NCBI GenBank assembly: GCA_035285865.1
Contig: JAYKHS010000027.1
Coordinates: forward strand, 1-64,000
Reading direction: 5' to 3'
Length of the DNA: 64,000 nt
DNA from: Candidatus Sericytochromatia bacterium
GTDB taxonomy: Bacteria; Cyanobacteriota; Sericytochromatia; S15B-MN24; VGJW01
Shown: in pieces, positions 50,206 through 60,587 of the stretch
Layout of the letters: each line of letters starts with the position of its first letter
Position numbering within the stretch: the stretch's first letter is position 1
Notes under the pieces: model-generated
What the model saw: only the letters and a program-made list of their open reading frames with translations
The model's database searches: none
What the model was told of the DNA's origin: nothing
Translations under genes and position numbers: made by a program

Positions 50206-51351
50206 ATGGAAACTGCAGAGGCCGTCGTCGTCGGTGGGGGCATCATCGGGGCGAGCATCGCCTATCATCTGGCCGCCCGGGGCGTGGAGCGCGTCGTGCT
50301 GCTCGAGCGCGAGCAGCTTTTCGGGGCCGACTCCACCGGCAAGTGTGCGGGTGGCATCCGGGCGCAGTTCACCACGCCGGTCAACATCGCGCTGTCGCTG
50401 GCCAGTGTGCCGCGGTTCGTCGCCTTTGCCGAGGAAATGGGCGTTCCGGCCGTGTTCAACCAGGTCGGCTACATGTTCATGTCGACGACCGAGGACAACT
50501 GGCAGCGGATGCAGCAGAACGTTGCCCTGCAGCGCAGCCACGGGCTGGACGTCGGCCTGCTGACCCCGGATGAAGTGCGTGCGCGCGTGCCGCACCTGCG
50601 GATCGACGATTTGCTGGGGGCCACATGGTGTCCGACGGATGGCATTGCCGATCCCAACGACTTCCTGTTGGGTTACCTGAAGCGCGCCCGCGAGCTGGGC
50701 GTCCGCGTCGAGACCGAGCGCGGTGCGACGGCATTGGACCTGAAGGCCGGCAAGGTCACGGGCATCCGCACCAGCAAGGGCAACATCGCGACCCCCCATG
50801 TCATCAACGCCACCGGGGCGTGGGCCGCTCAGGTCGGCAGGATGGTCGGACTGGATTTGCCCATCGTGCCCGTGCGCCGGCACATCACGACCACCGGTGC
50901 CCTCGACTGGATCTCCAGCCGCGATCCGATGATGGTCGACAACGGCTCCGGGCTGTACATGCATCCCGAGGGGCAGGGCCTGCTGATGGGCATGGCGCGC
51001 CACGACGAGCCGCCGGCCTTCCGGACGGATGTCGACGAGGACTTCGTGATGACCATCGTCGAGGCAGCCATCCATCGGATGCCCCGCCTCGAGGAAGCCT
51101 CCATCGCCACCTCGTGGGCCGGACTCTATGAGGTCACGCCCGACCACCACCCCATCCTCGAGGCGCACGCCGAGGTGCCCGGACTGTTAACCTGCGCGGG
51201 CTTCAGCGGACACGGATTCATGCACGCCCCGGCCGCCGGCGAGATCGTCAGCAGGCTCGTCTTGGGAGAGGCTCCGGGCCTCGACATCACGCCCCTGCGT
51301 GCCGACCGGTTCAAGGACCCGGCCCTGACGCACGAGGTCATGGTCATCTGA
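50206..51351 (+). CDS. FAD-dependent oxidoreductase (DAO / sarcosine oxidase beta-like)
   Basis: VVGGGIIG, STGKCAGGIR, WAGLYEVTPDHHP and GFSGHGF motifs. Confidence 0.92.
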   Translation: METAEAVVVGGGIIGASIAYHLAARGVERVVLLEREQLFGADSTGKCAGGIRAQFTTPVNIALSLASVPRFVAFAEEMGVPAVFNQVGYMFMSTTEDNWQRMQQNVALQRSHGLDVGLLTPDEVRARVPHLRIDDLLGATWCPTDGIADPNDFLLGYLKRARELGVRVETERGATALDLKAGKVTGIRTSKGNIATPHVINATGAWAAQVGRMVGLDLPIVPVRRHITTTGALDWISSRDPMMVDNGSGLYMHPEGQGLLMGMARHDEPPAFRTDVDEDFVMTIVEAAIHRMPRLEEASIATSWAGLYEVTPDHHPILEAHAEVPGLLTCAGFSGHGFMHAPAAGEIVSRLVLGEAPGLDITPLRADRFKDPALTHEVMVI

Positions 51352-51370
51352 CCCAGGGCGCCCGATCAAG

Positions 51371-51443
51371 AGCCCCCGACAGGAATCGAACCCGCAACCA
51401 CGCGATTACAAATCGCGCGCTCTACCAGTTGAGCTACGGAGGC
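51371..51443 (-). tRNA. tRNA-Thr (anticodon TGT), CCA not encoded
   Basis: Reverse complement GCCTCCGTAGCTCAACTGGTAGAGCGCGCGATTTGTAATCGCGTGGTTGCGGGTTCGATTCCTGTCGGGGGCT. Confidence 0.97.
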
Positions 51444-51483
51444 GCCCTTCAGGTATAACCCGCGGCCGCCTCGGTGCCAAGGG

Positions 51484-52065
51484 TCAGGTCGGACGGACCG
51501 TCCGATTGACCGCCGCCATCAGGTCCACGTCCGACGTACCCTCGACCCAGCGCACCACGGCGTCCTCTGCTCGGACCAGCGCGCCATCCAGCGCCTCCCG
51601 TTCGTCGCCCCGAAACCGCGACAACACCCAATCCGCCAGATCCCAGCCTTCCGGACGGGCACCCACACCGACCCTCAGACGCGCAACATCCTGCGTGGCC
51701 AGATGCCTGATGATGGACTGCAGGCCTTTCTGGCCGCCGGCCGAGCCCTGGCGCCGATACCGCAGCCCTCCCACGGGCAGATCGATGTCATCGGAGACCA
51801 GCAGGATGTCCTGAAGCGGAATCTTGTGGAAGGTCTGCAGGGCCTTGACCGACTCTCCGGAGAGATTCATGTAGGTCATCGGCCACAACAGCAGGACGCG
51901 CTCGCCGCCTGCACGCACGTCGGCGACCTCGCCCTTGAACCGGGCCTCGCGTCGCGGGATGCCGGAGAATCGGGCCGAGAGGCGATCCAGGACCATGAAC
52001 CCGGCGTTGTGGCGGGTTTCCGCGTACTCGGCCCCAGGATTGCCCAGGCCGACGACCAGTTTCAT
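51484..52065 (-). CDS. pth: Peptidyl-tRNA hydrolase
   Basis: MKLVVGLGNPG..TRHNAGF, TYMNLSG and RLRVGVG motifs. Confidence 0.95.
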   Translation of the reverse strand: MKLVVGLGNPGAEYAETRHNAGFMVLDRLSARFSGIPRREARFKGEVADVRAGGERVLLLWPMTYMNLSGESVKALQTFHKIPLQDILLVSDDIDLPVGGLRYRRQGSAGGQKGLQSIIRHLATQDVARLRVGVGARPEGWDLADWVLSRFRGDEREALDGALVRAEDAVVRWVEGTSDVDLMAAVNRTVRPT

Positions 52066-52072
52066 CTCCGAC

Positions 52073-53074
52073 CTACTCAAAGAGCATGGAGACCGACAGG
52101 TCCTCGTGGATGCGGTTGATGGCCTGGGCCAGCAGGTCCGCGACGGAGAGCACCGTGATCTTGTCCAGCTTGCGCGAGGGTTCGAGCGGGATGCTGTTCG
52201 TGATGGCCAGTTCGACGATGGGGGACTCTGCCAGGCGCTCGATGGCCGGGCCGGAAAGCAGGCCGTGGGTGGCGGCCGCATAGACCTCGGCAGCCCCTTC
52301 CCGGACCAGCAGGCGCGCCACCTCGGTCAGCGTCCCGGCCGTGTCGATCATGTCGTCGACGATGATGGCCGTCTTGTCCCGGACATCGCCGATGACGCTC
52401 ATGACCTCGGCGATGTTGTGCTTAGGACGACGCTTGTCGACGATGGCGATGGGCACGTCCAGCTTCTTGGCGTAGACCCGGGCCCGAGACACGCCGCCCA
52501 CGTCCGGGGAGACGATGACCATCTCGCGGTCAGCCTTGCGCTTCTGTTCCATCCAGCGGGCCAGTACCGGCGTGGCGTAGAGGTGGTCCGAGTTGATGTC
52601 GAAGAACCCCTGGATCTGCGGGGCATGCAGGTCAAGACAGACCACCCTGCTTGCCCCCGCCGTCGTCAGCAGGTCCGCCACCAGCTTGGAGGTGATGGCC
52701 TCGCGTCCCTGGGCCTTGCGGTCCTGCCGGGCGTAGGCGAAGTAGGGAATGACGGCGATGACCTGGTGGACGCTGGCACGTTTGAAGGCATCGAGCAGGA
52801 TGCACAGCTCGACAAGGTTGTAGTTGACGGGATGGCAGATGGGCTGGACCAGGAAGACATCTGCGCCGCGGACCGACTCCTGGATCTGGACGTAGATCTC
52901 GCCGTCGGCGAAGTTGGCGATCTTGACGGGGCCTACGGGCAAGCCCAGGAGACTGGCGATCTCGGCCGCAAGGCCCGGGCTGGCCGACCCGGAGAAAATC
53001 TTGAGCGGGCGTCCCGTACCGGAGGCTGGCGTCTGCAGCGGGGTCGGGGTCGCGTCGAGGGCAGTCACGGTCAA
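52073..53074 (-). CDS. prs: Ribose-phosphate pyrophosphokinase
   Basis: FADGE, YARQDRK, DLHAPQIQGFF and DDMIDTAGT motifs. Confidence 0.97.
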   Translation of the reverse strand: MTVTALDATPTPLQTPASGTGRPLKIFSGSASPGLAAEIASLLGLPVGPVKIANFADGEIYVQIQESVRGADVFLVQPICHPVNYNLVELCILLDAFKRASVHQVIAVIPYFAYARQDRKAQGREAITSKLVADLLTTAGASRVVCLDLHAPQIQGFFDINSDHLYATPVLARWMEQKRKADREMVIVSPDVGGVSRARVYAKKLDVPIAIVDKRRPKHNIAEVMSVIGDVRDKTAIIVDDMIDTAGTLTEVARLLVREGAAEVYAAATHGLLSGPAIERLAESPIVELAITNSIPLEPSRKLDKITVLSVADLLAQAINRIHEDLSVSMLFE

Positions 53075-54495
53075 GGGGTCCTCGTGGCGGGTCGGGACAT
53101 GGCGTGTCGGCGGGCCACCCAGCCCTCCTTCACGACCTGCTGGGCACGCCCCAGAGCCAGGGCGCCCTCGGGCACATCGCGCGTCAGGGTGGAACCGGCG
53201 GCCGTGTAGGCACCGGCCCCGACGACGAGCGGCGCGACGAGCGTGTTGTTGGTGCCGATGAAGGCCCCGGCCCCGATGGTGGTGGGGTGCTTGCGCTCGC
53301 CGTCATAGTTGCACGTCACGGTGCCGCAGCCGATGTTGGCGGCAGCCCCGACGGTCGCGTCCCCGAGGTAGCTCAGGTGCGCGGCCTTGGCACCGTCCCC
53401 GAAGCGCACCTTCTTCATCTCGACGAAGTTGCCGATACGGGCCTCGGCACCCACCTGGACGCCATCCCGCATCCGGGCGTACGGGCCCACCTGGGTCCCG
53501 GCACCGATGACCGCATCGGCCAGGTCCGAGGAGCGCACGGCGACTCCGTCTCCCAGCTGCACGTCCTGAAGGCGGCTCTGGCTGCCGATGCGGCAACCGC
53601 GGCCAGTTGCCGATCGTCCGTAAATCTGGGTGAAGGGCTCGATCACGGTGTCGGGTCCGAGGCAGACCTCCGGACCCAGGTGCGTGGTGGCCGGGTCCTC
53701 GATGGTAACCTGTCGCTCGAGCCAGTAGGCCGCACGGCGCTGGCGCCAAAGCGCACCCGCGGCCACGAGCTCCGCGCGATTGTTGATGCCGACGGTCTGT
53801 GTCCAGTCGACGAGCGTATGGGTGGAAACGCGTGCGCCGGCTCCGACCAAGGCCGCGATGGCGTCCGTCAGGTAGTACTCACCCTGGGCGTTTGCCGTCC
53901 CCAGAGTGTCGAGGGCGCGGGACAGCGCCGGCCACGAGGCAAGATACACGCCCACGTTGATCTCGGCGATGGCGCGCTCCTCGGGCGAGGCATCCTTGTG
54001 CTCGACGATGCGGGAGACCCGCCCGGAGTCGTCCCGCACGATCCGGCCAAGGCCGGTCGGGTCGGGCATCACGGCCGTCAGGAACGTCAATTCGGCCTGT
54101 TCCCGGGCGTGGGCCTCGAGCATGGCCTCGAGGGTCGCGGTCTCGAGCAACGGCACGTCGCCGTTGAGAATGAGCACGCTGCCACCAAAGCCTTCGAGTG
54201 CCGGACGCGCCTGCATCACGGCGTGGCCGGTACCCAGCTGGGGCTCCTGCAGCACCGGGGTCACGCCCGGCCAGCGGCGCCCCAGGTAGGCACGGACCTG
54301 ATCCGAACCATGGCCCGTGATCACCACGGCCCGTTCAAGTCGGCCGGAGGTGCGCAGTTCGGCCAGTCGGGCAAGCACGAAACCCAGCAGGGGCTCGCCC
54401 GAGATTTCATGCAGCACCTTCGGGAGGTCGGAGGCCATGCGAGTGCCCTTGCCCGCAGCCATCACCAGGGCGACACAACCTGCGCTGGCTGTCAC
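53071..54495 (-). CDS. glmU: Bifunctional UDP-GlcNAc pyrophosphorylase / glucosamine-1-P acetyltransferase
   Basis: AAGKGTRM..PKVLH, QLGTGHA, GEYYLTD, GNFVEMK and HLSYLGDA motifs. Confidence 0.96.
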   Translation of the reverse strand: MTASAGCVALVMAAGKGTRMASDLPKVLHEISGEPLLGFVLARLAELRTSGRLERAVVITGHGSDQVRAYLGRRWPGVTPVLQEPQLGTGHAVMQARPALEGFGGSVLILNGDVPLLETATLEAMLEAHAREQAELTFLTAVMPDPTGLGRIVRDDSGRVSRIVEHKDASPEERAIAEINVGVYLASWPALSRALDTLGTANAQGEYYLTDAIAALVGAGARVSTHTLVDWTQTVGINNRAELVAAGALWRQRRAAYWLERQVTIEDPATTHLGPEVCLGPDTVIEPFTQIYGRSATGRGCRIGSQSRLQDVQLGDGVAVRSSDLADAVIGAGTQVGPYARMRDGVQVGAEARIGNFVEMKKVRFGDGAKAAHLSYLGDATVGAAANIGCGTVTCNYDGERKHPTTIGAGAFIGTNNTLVAPLVVGAGAYTAAGSTLTRDVPEGALALGRAQQVVKEGWVARRHAMSRPATRTP

Positions 54496-55604
54496 GGCCG
54501 TTCCCTCCTGCGCGGCTGATCGTACCACGGCGCCACGTCGTCGCCCGTCGGCTCCCCGCCTTCATCCTCGGCCTCGCCAAGCTGGTCCCGCAGACGCTGG
54601 TTCGCGAGGCGCCGCGAATCGGCCCGTGCCTCGCCCGGCAAACGGACCAACCGGCGACCCTCGCCCTCCCGGGCGCCACCCGTCCACTTCGTGCCGGCCT
54701 CGACCTTGCGGGAGCTCTGCTGCCGCAGACGCCACGCCTCCTCCAGCTCGTCGACGAAACGCAAATAGGAGGCCCTGCGGCTTTCCGACATCGCGCCCGA
54801 GGCGACGACCCGGCATCCCGGTTCGTTGCGGTGGCTGCATTTCGAGAGCGGACATCCGGCCGCGTGGGGCGCGGCCTCCGGGAAGACCCACGCCAGATCC
54901 TCGGGCGGCCAATCCGGCAAGGCGAGGTGGCTGTATCCCGGGGTGTCCGCGACGAGGCCCCCGTGCACCGAATGGAGGGACGCGAAGGTGGTGGTGTGCC
55001 GTCCCCGGCCCGAACGCTCGGAGACTTCGCCCTCCCGCAGAGCCAACCCCGGCGACAGGGCATTGACCAGTGCGCTCTTGCCGACACCCGACGGACCCGC
55101 CAGCACCGTGATGCGGCCCGAGAGCCACATCGGCAGCTCTCCCATCTCGTCCCGGCGCACCGAAACCGCCGTCGCGGCATAGCCTACGGAACGATAGTGC
55201 TCTACCCGTTCACGGGCCACGGCGTCGGGCACGAGGTCGGTCTTGGTCCACACAATCCTGGGCTCGAGCCCGCTCATGTGCACGAGGATGAGGAACCGGT
55301 CGAGGGTGCCAGGCTGGAACTCAGGTTCATCCGAGGCCACGACCACCACGACCTGATCCACGTTGGCGACCGACGGCCGTCGCAGCGCATTGCGTCGCGG
55401 GGCCAGAGCCGAGATGACCGCAAGATCATTGGCCGGGTCGAGTCCATCCAGGGTGACGGTATCCCCGATGAGAACAGCCCCCTGCTCCTTGCGCAGACGA
55501 GCCCGAACCTGGCATGCCCAGTCACGGTCCCCCGCGCGGACCCAGAAGACGTTGTTGACCCGGCGAACGACCGTGCCTTCCAGGGAGGGGGCAGCCCCGG
55601 CCAT
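54492..55604 (-). CDS. rsgA: Ribosome small subunit-dependent GTPase A
   Basis: TKTDL, GPSGVGKS, GRHTT, DTPG and Zn finger CPLSKCSHRNEPGC. Confidence 0.94.
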   Translation of the reverse strand: MAGAAPSLEGTVVRRVNNVFWVRAGDRDWACQVRARLRKEQGAVLIGDTVTLDGLDPANDLAVISALAPRRNALRRPSVANVDQVVVVVASDEPEFQPGTLDRFLILVHMSGLEPRIVWTKTDLVPDAVARERVEHYRSVGYAATAVSVRRDEMGELPMWLSGRITVLAGPSGVGKSALVNALSPGLALREGEVSERSGRGRHTTTFASLHSVHGGLVADTPGYSHLALPDWPPEDLAWVFPEAAPHAAGCPLSKCSHRNEPGCRVVASGAMSESRRASYLRFVDELEEAWRLRQQSSRKVEAGTKWTGGAREGEGRRLVRLPGEARADSRRLANQRLRDQLGEAEDEGGEPTGDDVAPWYDQPRRRERP

Positions 55605-56674
55605 CAGGCCTTCCCGGACTCCACGGGCTGTCCTTCCTCGTGGCGTCGCCGCAACTGGCCGCAGGCCCCGTCGATCTCGGCACCCCGCTCGCGACGCACC
55701 GTCGCCGGATGACCGGCCGCATCGAGGACATCCCGGAACGCACGCACCCGCGCGGCTGGCGAGGTCCGGAAGACCGTGTCGGTTGCATTGAAGGGGATCA
55801 GATTGATGTGAACGGGAAGGTCGCCGATCCAGCGCGACAAGGCCCGGGCCTGGTCGGGATGATCGTTGACGCCGTCGAGCAGCACGTACTCGACCGAAAT
55901 CCGCCGTCCCGTGAGGTCGAAGTAATCGACCATCGCCTCGCGCAGCTCCGCCAGTGGATACCGCTTGTTGATGGGGACAAGGCGATCCCGGAGCGCATCG
56001 TCCGGGGCATGCACCGAGACGGCGAGTGTCAGTTGCAGTTTCTCGGCGGCGAGGCGACGGATGCCGGGCACGATGCCGGACGTCGACAGCGTCAGGTGCC
56101 GCATGCCGATGCCGACGGACTTGTTGAGCAGATGGACGGCGGCCAGCGTCTCGTCGTAGTTGAGAAAGGGCTCGCCCATGCCCATGAAGACCACGTTGGT
56201 TATGCGATGGCCCGCCTCGACCTGCATCCGCAGCACCTGCTCGACCATGTCGCCGGCCGTGACGTTGCGTTGGAAGCCGGCGAGTCCCGTGGCGCAGAAC
56301 GCGCAGCCCACGGCACACCCCACCTGCGTCGAGATGCAGGCCGTGACGCGCTCGGGGCCCTCGAGGCCGTCTCCATAGGGCATCAGGACCGACTCCAGGG
56401 TGCCGTCACGATGCCCGAACAGATACTTTCGCGTCCCGTCGCTGGCCTCGCGACGCTGCAAGAGCCTCAGGCGTCCAGCGTCGACGTGCCCCCCCAGCCA
56501 CTCACGGAAGGCCGCCGGCAAGTCGCTCATGCCCTCAGGGGCGAAGCAACCTTCCTTGAAGACCCAGCGCGCCAGTTGGCGGGCACGATAGGCAGGCTGA
56601 CCGGCCGAGACCACGAGGGCCTCGAGGCGGTCGGCCGTCAGGCCGGGCAGGTGGGGACGTTCGGTCGGGGTCAA
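55604..56674 (-). CDS. rlmN: Dual-specificity RNA methyltransferase RlmN
   Basis: CISTQVGCAVGCAFC, MGMGEP and GACGQL motifs. Confidence 0.95.
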   Translation of the reverse strand: MTPTERPHLPGLTADRLEALVVSAGQPAYRARQLARWVFKEGCFAPEGMSDLPAAFREWLGGHVDAGRLRLLQRREASDGTRKYLFGHRDGTLESVLMPYGDGLEGPERVTACISTQVGCAVGCAFCATGLAGFQRNVTAGDMVEQVLRMQVEAGHRITNVVFMGMGEPFLNYDETLAAVHLLNKSVGIGMRHLTLSTSGIVPGIRRLAAEKLQLTLAVSVHAPDDALRDRLVPINKRYPLAELREAMVDYFDLTGRRISVEYVLLDGVNDHPDQARALSRWIGDLPVHINLIPFNATDTVFRTSPAARVRAFRDVLDAAGHPATVRRERGAEIDGACGQLRRRHEEGQPVESGKA

Positions 56675-58068
56675 GGTTGGACGTGCTGGATACGGGCGAG
56701 GAAGAAGCCCTCCGTGCCGTGACGGTGGGGCATCAGGGTGATCATGCCACGCGCGGCCTCCTCCGACCACGCCGCTGGCAGCCACGGGCGCATGTCGGCC
56801 GCCCGCGCCCGAGGTTCCGACGCCAGAAAAGCCTCCACCACGCCCTCGTTCTCGGCGCGGGCAAGGGTGCAGGTCGCATAGACGAGGACGCCACCCGGCC
56901 GCAGCAGGGCGAAGGCCGTCCGCAGCATCCGCGCCTGCAAACGCGCCAGTTCTTCCGTCCGTTCGGACGTCCAGCGCCAACGCAGGTCGGCCTTGCGGTA
57001 CAGCGTGCCCAGTCCGGAACAGGGTGCATCGAGCAGAACCCGGTCGCAGCCTCCGGCCACCAATCCGGCCTCCGCCAGCGCCACGGGATCAGCGGCATCC
57101 GCCTCGACGACTTGCGGCGTGCCCAGTTGCCAGCGCCGGACATTCTCGCGCAACCGCTCCAGGCGGGACCCGCGGAAATCCACGGCCACGACCGTCCCTT
57201 GGCCGGCGAGCCGATGGAGGATGTGCCCGGTCTTGCCTCCCGGCGCGGCCCCCAGGTCGGCAATCCGTTCTCCCGGCCGGGGGTCGAGCACGTGGGTCGC
57301 GAGCATGGCGGCGGGTCCCTGCACGGCCCATTGCCCCTCGGCGAAACCGGGCAGATCCGGCAAGCGTCCCGGCGAGGCCACCCTCAACTCCTCGGGCACG
57401 AGCGGCCCCGCTTCCGCCGCGACGCCGGCCTCGAGCATCCGGGCGACCAGCGCCTCGCGGTCGACGTGGACCCGCAGGGCAAAGGGCGTGGGCCGCTGCG
57501 CCGCGACCGCCAAGGCGAGTGCATCCGCTGGCCCGCGCTCGGCCCACCACAGCTCCACCAGCGCATCCGGCAGGGACAAGGCAGCGGCGACCCCGGCAGG
57601 ATCCAAGGTGGCTGGGTCCGACGCCGCCATCGCCGCGACGTGGCGACTCCAGGAACGCTCTTCCGAGCCAGCCAGGCGGCGCAAGACGGCATTCACCATG
57701 CGTGCGGCACCCTCATGGGCCACCAGCCGGGCCAGCTTCACCGACTCGGAGACCACGGCGTGGTCCGGCAGCCGGTCCATGGCCACCAGTTGGACGGCGC
57801 CCGTGCGCAGCACCTCCCGGACGGGCGCATCCAGACGTTCCAGCGGTCGGTCGAGCAGGGGGGCGAGGAGGCCGTCAACGTAGCGCTCGAGCCGCGTCGT
57901 CTCCTGCAGTAGCGCCGTCAGGAACTCGCGGTCGCGGTCGGCCCAGCCTGCAGGCATGTCCTCGAGCAGGCGGTCGGGCCAGGCTCCGGACTCGGTCACG
58001 GCAAGGCGCTTGCGGACGGCCAGCCCCCGCGGGGAGGCCGGCAGGCGCCCTGCGCGTCCTCTGCCCAC
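56671..58068 (-). CDS. rsmB: 16S rRNA m5C967 methyltransferase (Sun/RsmB); start uncertain
   Basis: NusB-like N-terminus; DLGAAPGGKT, DAPCSG and YATCT motifs. Confidence 0.92.
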   Translation of the reverse strand: MGRGRAGRLPASPRGLAVRKRLAVTESGAWPDRLLEDMPAGWADRDREFLTALLQETTRLERYVDGLLAPLLDRPLERLDAPVREVLRTGAVQLVAMDRLPDHAVVSESVKLARLVAHEGAARMVNAVLRRLAGSEERSWSRHVAAMAASDPATLDPAGVAAALSLPDALVELWWAERGPADALALAVAAQRPTPFALRVHVDREALVARMLEAGVAAEAGPLVPEELRVASPGRLPDLPGFAEGQWAVQGPAAMLATHVLDPRPGERIADLGAAPGGKTGHILHRLAGQGTVVAVDFRGSRLERLRENVRRWQLGTPQVVEADAADPVALAEAGLVAGGCDRVLLDAPCSGLGTLYRKADLRWRWTSERTEELARLQARMLRTAFALLRPGGVLVYATCTLARAENEGVVEAFLASEPRARAADMRPWLPAAWSEEAARGMITLMPHRHGTEGFFLARIQHVQP

Positions 58069-58080
58069 GTCCCGAGAGTA

Positions 58081-59211
58081 TCACGGCGCAGGCACGATCC
58101 ACCGCAGGCGCGGCGTCCCGAGATCGGCCACGAGCAGCCCGCCCTGCCACGCAATCAGGCCCGCCGGCCGGATGAAGCGCGCCTTGGCCGGCGGGCCGTC
58201 GTCCCCGGACGTTCCCGATTCACCCGTCCCCGCCAGCATCTGTCGCACGCCTCCGGCGGAGAGGTGCAGAATCCGGTGCGTTTCCCCGCTCGCCACGAGC
58301 ATCCCGCCTGCGCCGTCCCCAAGCAGTGCGGAAGGCTCCGGGACGGCCTCCGCAAGCACGGTCCAGCGGCCCCCGGGCGTCAGCGAGAGGATGCGGCCGC
58401 TGCCGCCCTCACCCACCACCAGGTGGCCGTCCGCACGCATCAGCAACGACAGCGGACGATCGAGCGGCGTGCCTCGCGCCACGATGCCGGACTCCGCGGG
58501 CCCGGACTGCCCGGTTCCGGCAAGGACCTCGCCGCCACCGGCGGCATCCAGGCGAAACAGCCGATGCCCGAGGAAGTCCGCGACGAGCAAGCCCCCCGAG
58601 GCATCGACCGCCAGGCCTGCGGGGCCTTGCAGCATCGGCAGTCCGGCCGGCCAAGGGAGGGTCCCGAGCACGCCCGCACGATCCAGCGTGCGCAAGCGAC
58701 CGTTGCCGTAATCCGCGATCACCTGACGGTCGCCCCAGACACAACCCGCGAAGGGAGTCCAGAGTTGCCCATCCGGCCCGGCGCCGCCATCCCCGGACCA
58801 GCCACGGGCACCCCAGCCGATGCGCCGACGCAACAGGTCGTCCCCGAGCGACCAGACGGCGTGCCCACCGGCATCCGCGAGCCACGCCTCGCCATCGGCC
58901 AGCCAGAGGCCCGCCGGTGCCTGCAGGACCGCAGGCAGGTCCGGGGTGCGGATGCGTCCTCCAGCGAGGCGCTCGACCCACGAGGCAGATCGCGGCGTCG
59001 GCTCGGGGGGGCGAGGGCCTGTGGACGACGGATCGGCCACGCCCGAGTGGGCATCCACCGATCCTTGACCGACAGGGGCTTCCGGACGCGGCGCAGATGA
59101 CGGTCCCGGAACCGGAACGGGGATCTGGACGCATGCAACCAGCAGGCAGGCCATCACGCCCGAGGCCGGCGAGCATCTCCGGACACGGGCCCACGTCTCA
59201 CGGAAGACCAT
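58081..59211 (-). CDS. NHL-repeat beta-propeller lipoprotein
   Basis: Lipobox LVAC; repeats GWSGDGG..QLWTP, PAGLAVD and GTSGDDGP..ARF..P. Confidence 0.75.
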   Translation of the reverse strand: MVFRETWARVRRCSPASGVMACLLVACVQIPVPVPGPSSAPRPEAPVGQGSVDAHSGVADPSSTGPRPPEPTPRSASWVERLAGGRIRTPDLPAVLQAPAGLWLADGEAWLADAGGHAVWSLGDDLLRRRIGWGARGWSGDGGAGPDGQLWTPFAGCVWGDRQVIADYGNGRLRTLDRAGVLGTLPWPAGLPMLQGPAGLAVDASGGLLVADFLGHRLFRLDAAGGGEVLAGTGQSGPAESGIVARGTPLDRPLSLLMRADGHLVVGEGGSGRILSLTPGGRWTVLAEAVPEPSALLGDGAGGMLVASGETHRILHLSAGGVRQMLAGTGESGTSGDDGPPAKARFIRPAGLIAWQGGLLVADLGTPRLRWIVPAP

Positions 59212-59276
59212 GCCACCAGCGTGCGCGTCACAAGCGCACGAGGAGATCTCGCTCGCGTGGCATGCCGATGAAGCCT

Positions 59277-60431
59277 TCAGGGCAAGCGGTCGAGGGCCAG
59301 GATGCCGGCTCCGAGGCCAGGATCTGCCGCCGGCCGCGTGGCCTGCCGGAGCAGGGACAGGATGCGCTCCCGCGGCGCACCCGGATGGCCCTCGAGGAGC
59401 ATCGCCAGCGCACCGGACACGAAGGGGGCCGCCATCGACGTACCCGAGTCGACACCCCAGCGCCCGCCGGGCAGCGTGGACAGGATGCCCTCACCCGGCG
59501 CGGCCAGGGCCACGCCAGGGCCGTGGTTGGACCAGCGGCAGCGACGCCCCTCGCGGTCGACGGCAGCCACGCCGAGGATTCCTGGCGTGTTGGCGGGCTG
59601 GGTGACGGCCGCCCCTTCGTTGCCCGCCGAGGCCACGATCCACGCCCCCTGATCCGCAGCCCAGCGGGCAGCCCGTTCATAGAACGGACTCAAGCGCGTG
59701 TCGCGGGAGTTGAGCGACATGTTGACGATGCTGGCCCCGCGCCGGACGGCCCACGCGAGGCCCTCCAAAGCCGCGGCATCGTGGCCGCGTCCCCGATCCA
59801 TCACCTTGACCGGCAGGATGCGAATCCTCCAGCACAGGCCTGCCCCGCCGACTCCATCATCACCCGCGGCCCCGAGAATCCCCGCGACGTGCGTGCCATG
59901 CCCGTCACGGTCGGTCGTGTCCGCATCGTGGGCGAGGGTGTTCCATCCCGAGAGGACGCGACCGCGCAGTTCCGGATGGCCCGGATCGACGCCGGTATCC
60001 AGGATGGCGACGAGGCGATCGCCCCCATCCCGGCCGCGGGCCCACGCCGAGCGGGCATCAAGGTGGCCGGGTGCCAACGCCCACTGACGATCCAGCAGGG
60101 GGTCGCCGGGCAGGTCCGGAGCGGCACCGACATCGGCTTGCCGGATCCACGAGGGTGCAGCCGCACGAACGCCCGGAAGGCGCTCGAGCCGAGCCAACAG
60201 AGGCTGCCATGTCCCGGGCGGAGTGGCCCAGAAGGCCATCGTGCCACCCATGTCCCAACTCCGCTGCGGCGAAGGCAGACCGGCCTGTCCCCGCCACGGA
60301 TGATCGCTGCCGAGGGCCATCGCGACGATACCGACAGGCTCGACGACGGGCTCCGGCCCTGCGGGCACGGATGCACCGCACGCCAGCAGCGTGGGCAGAA
60401 ACCAGGAGAGCAGTCGGGCAGCACGGTTCAT
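59277..60431 (-). CDS. Subtilisin-like S8 serine peptidase (lipoprotein)
   Basis: Lipobox LLAC; catalytic motifs VAILDTG, GHGTHVAG and SGTSMAAP. Confidence 0.92.
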   Translation of the reverse strand: MNRAARLLSWFLPTLLACGASVPAGPEPVVEPVGIVAMALGSDHPWRGQAGLPSPQRSWDMGGTMAFWATPPGTWQPLLARLERLPGVRAAAPSWIRQADVGAAPDLPGDPLLDRQWALAPGHLDARSAWARGRDGGDRLVAILDTGVDPGHPELRGRVLSGWNTLAHDADTTDRDGHGTHVAGILGAAGDDGVGGAGLCWRIRILPVKVMDRGRGHDAAALEGLAWAVRRGASIVNMSLNSRDTRLSPFYERAARWAADQGAWIVASAGNEGAAVTQPANTPGILGVAAVDREGRRCRWSNHGPGVALAAPGEGILSTLPGGRWGVDSGTSMAAPFVSGALAMLLEGHPGAPRERILSLLRQATRPAADPGLGAGILALDRLP

Positions 60432-60539
60432 CGGCGCACCCCCGAACCGCACGCTGCCCGCGACCGGCAAGGAACTCCACGGCAGACCGGGCCGGAGAAT
60501 TCGGCCCAAAGCCCTTCCCAAGTGGCGGAGAATCTGTTA

Positions 60540-60581
60540 GTTAAACGTTAGTCAGGGTCTCCTTAGTCAGAAATTAACCTC
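60540..60581 (+). promoter_or_regulatory. Pho-box-like direct repeats upstream of the GH1 gene
   Basis: GTTAAACG, GTCAGGGT, CTTAGTCA, ATTAACCT at an 11-bp period; shares ATTAACCTC with the site at 23952. Confidence 0.45.
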
Positions 60582-60587
60582 TTCCCC

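Noticed and set aside
51352..51443. Integrated element at tRNA-Thr
   Set aside because: No integrase and no duplicated tRNA 3' end were seen in the window, although accessory genes flank it
58326..60551. 741-aa plus-strand ORF (also 15772-17307, 24188-26044, 27214-28926 and similar)
   Set aside because: Arg/Pro-rich or motif-free shadow frames opposite well-supported genes
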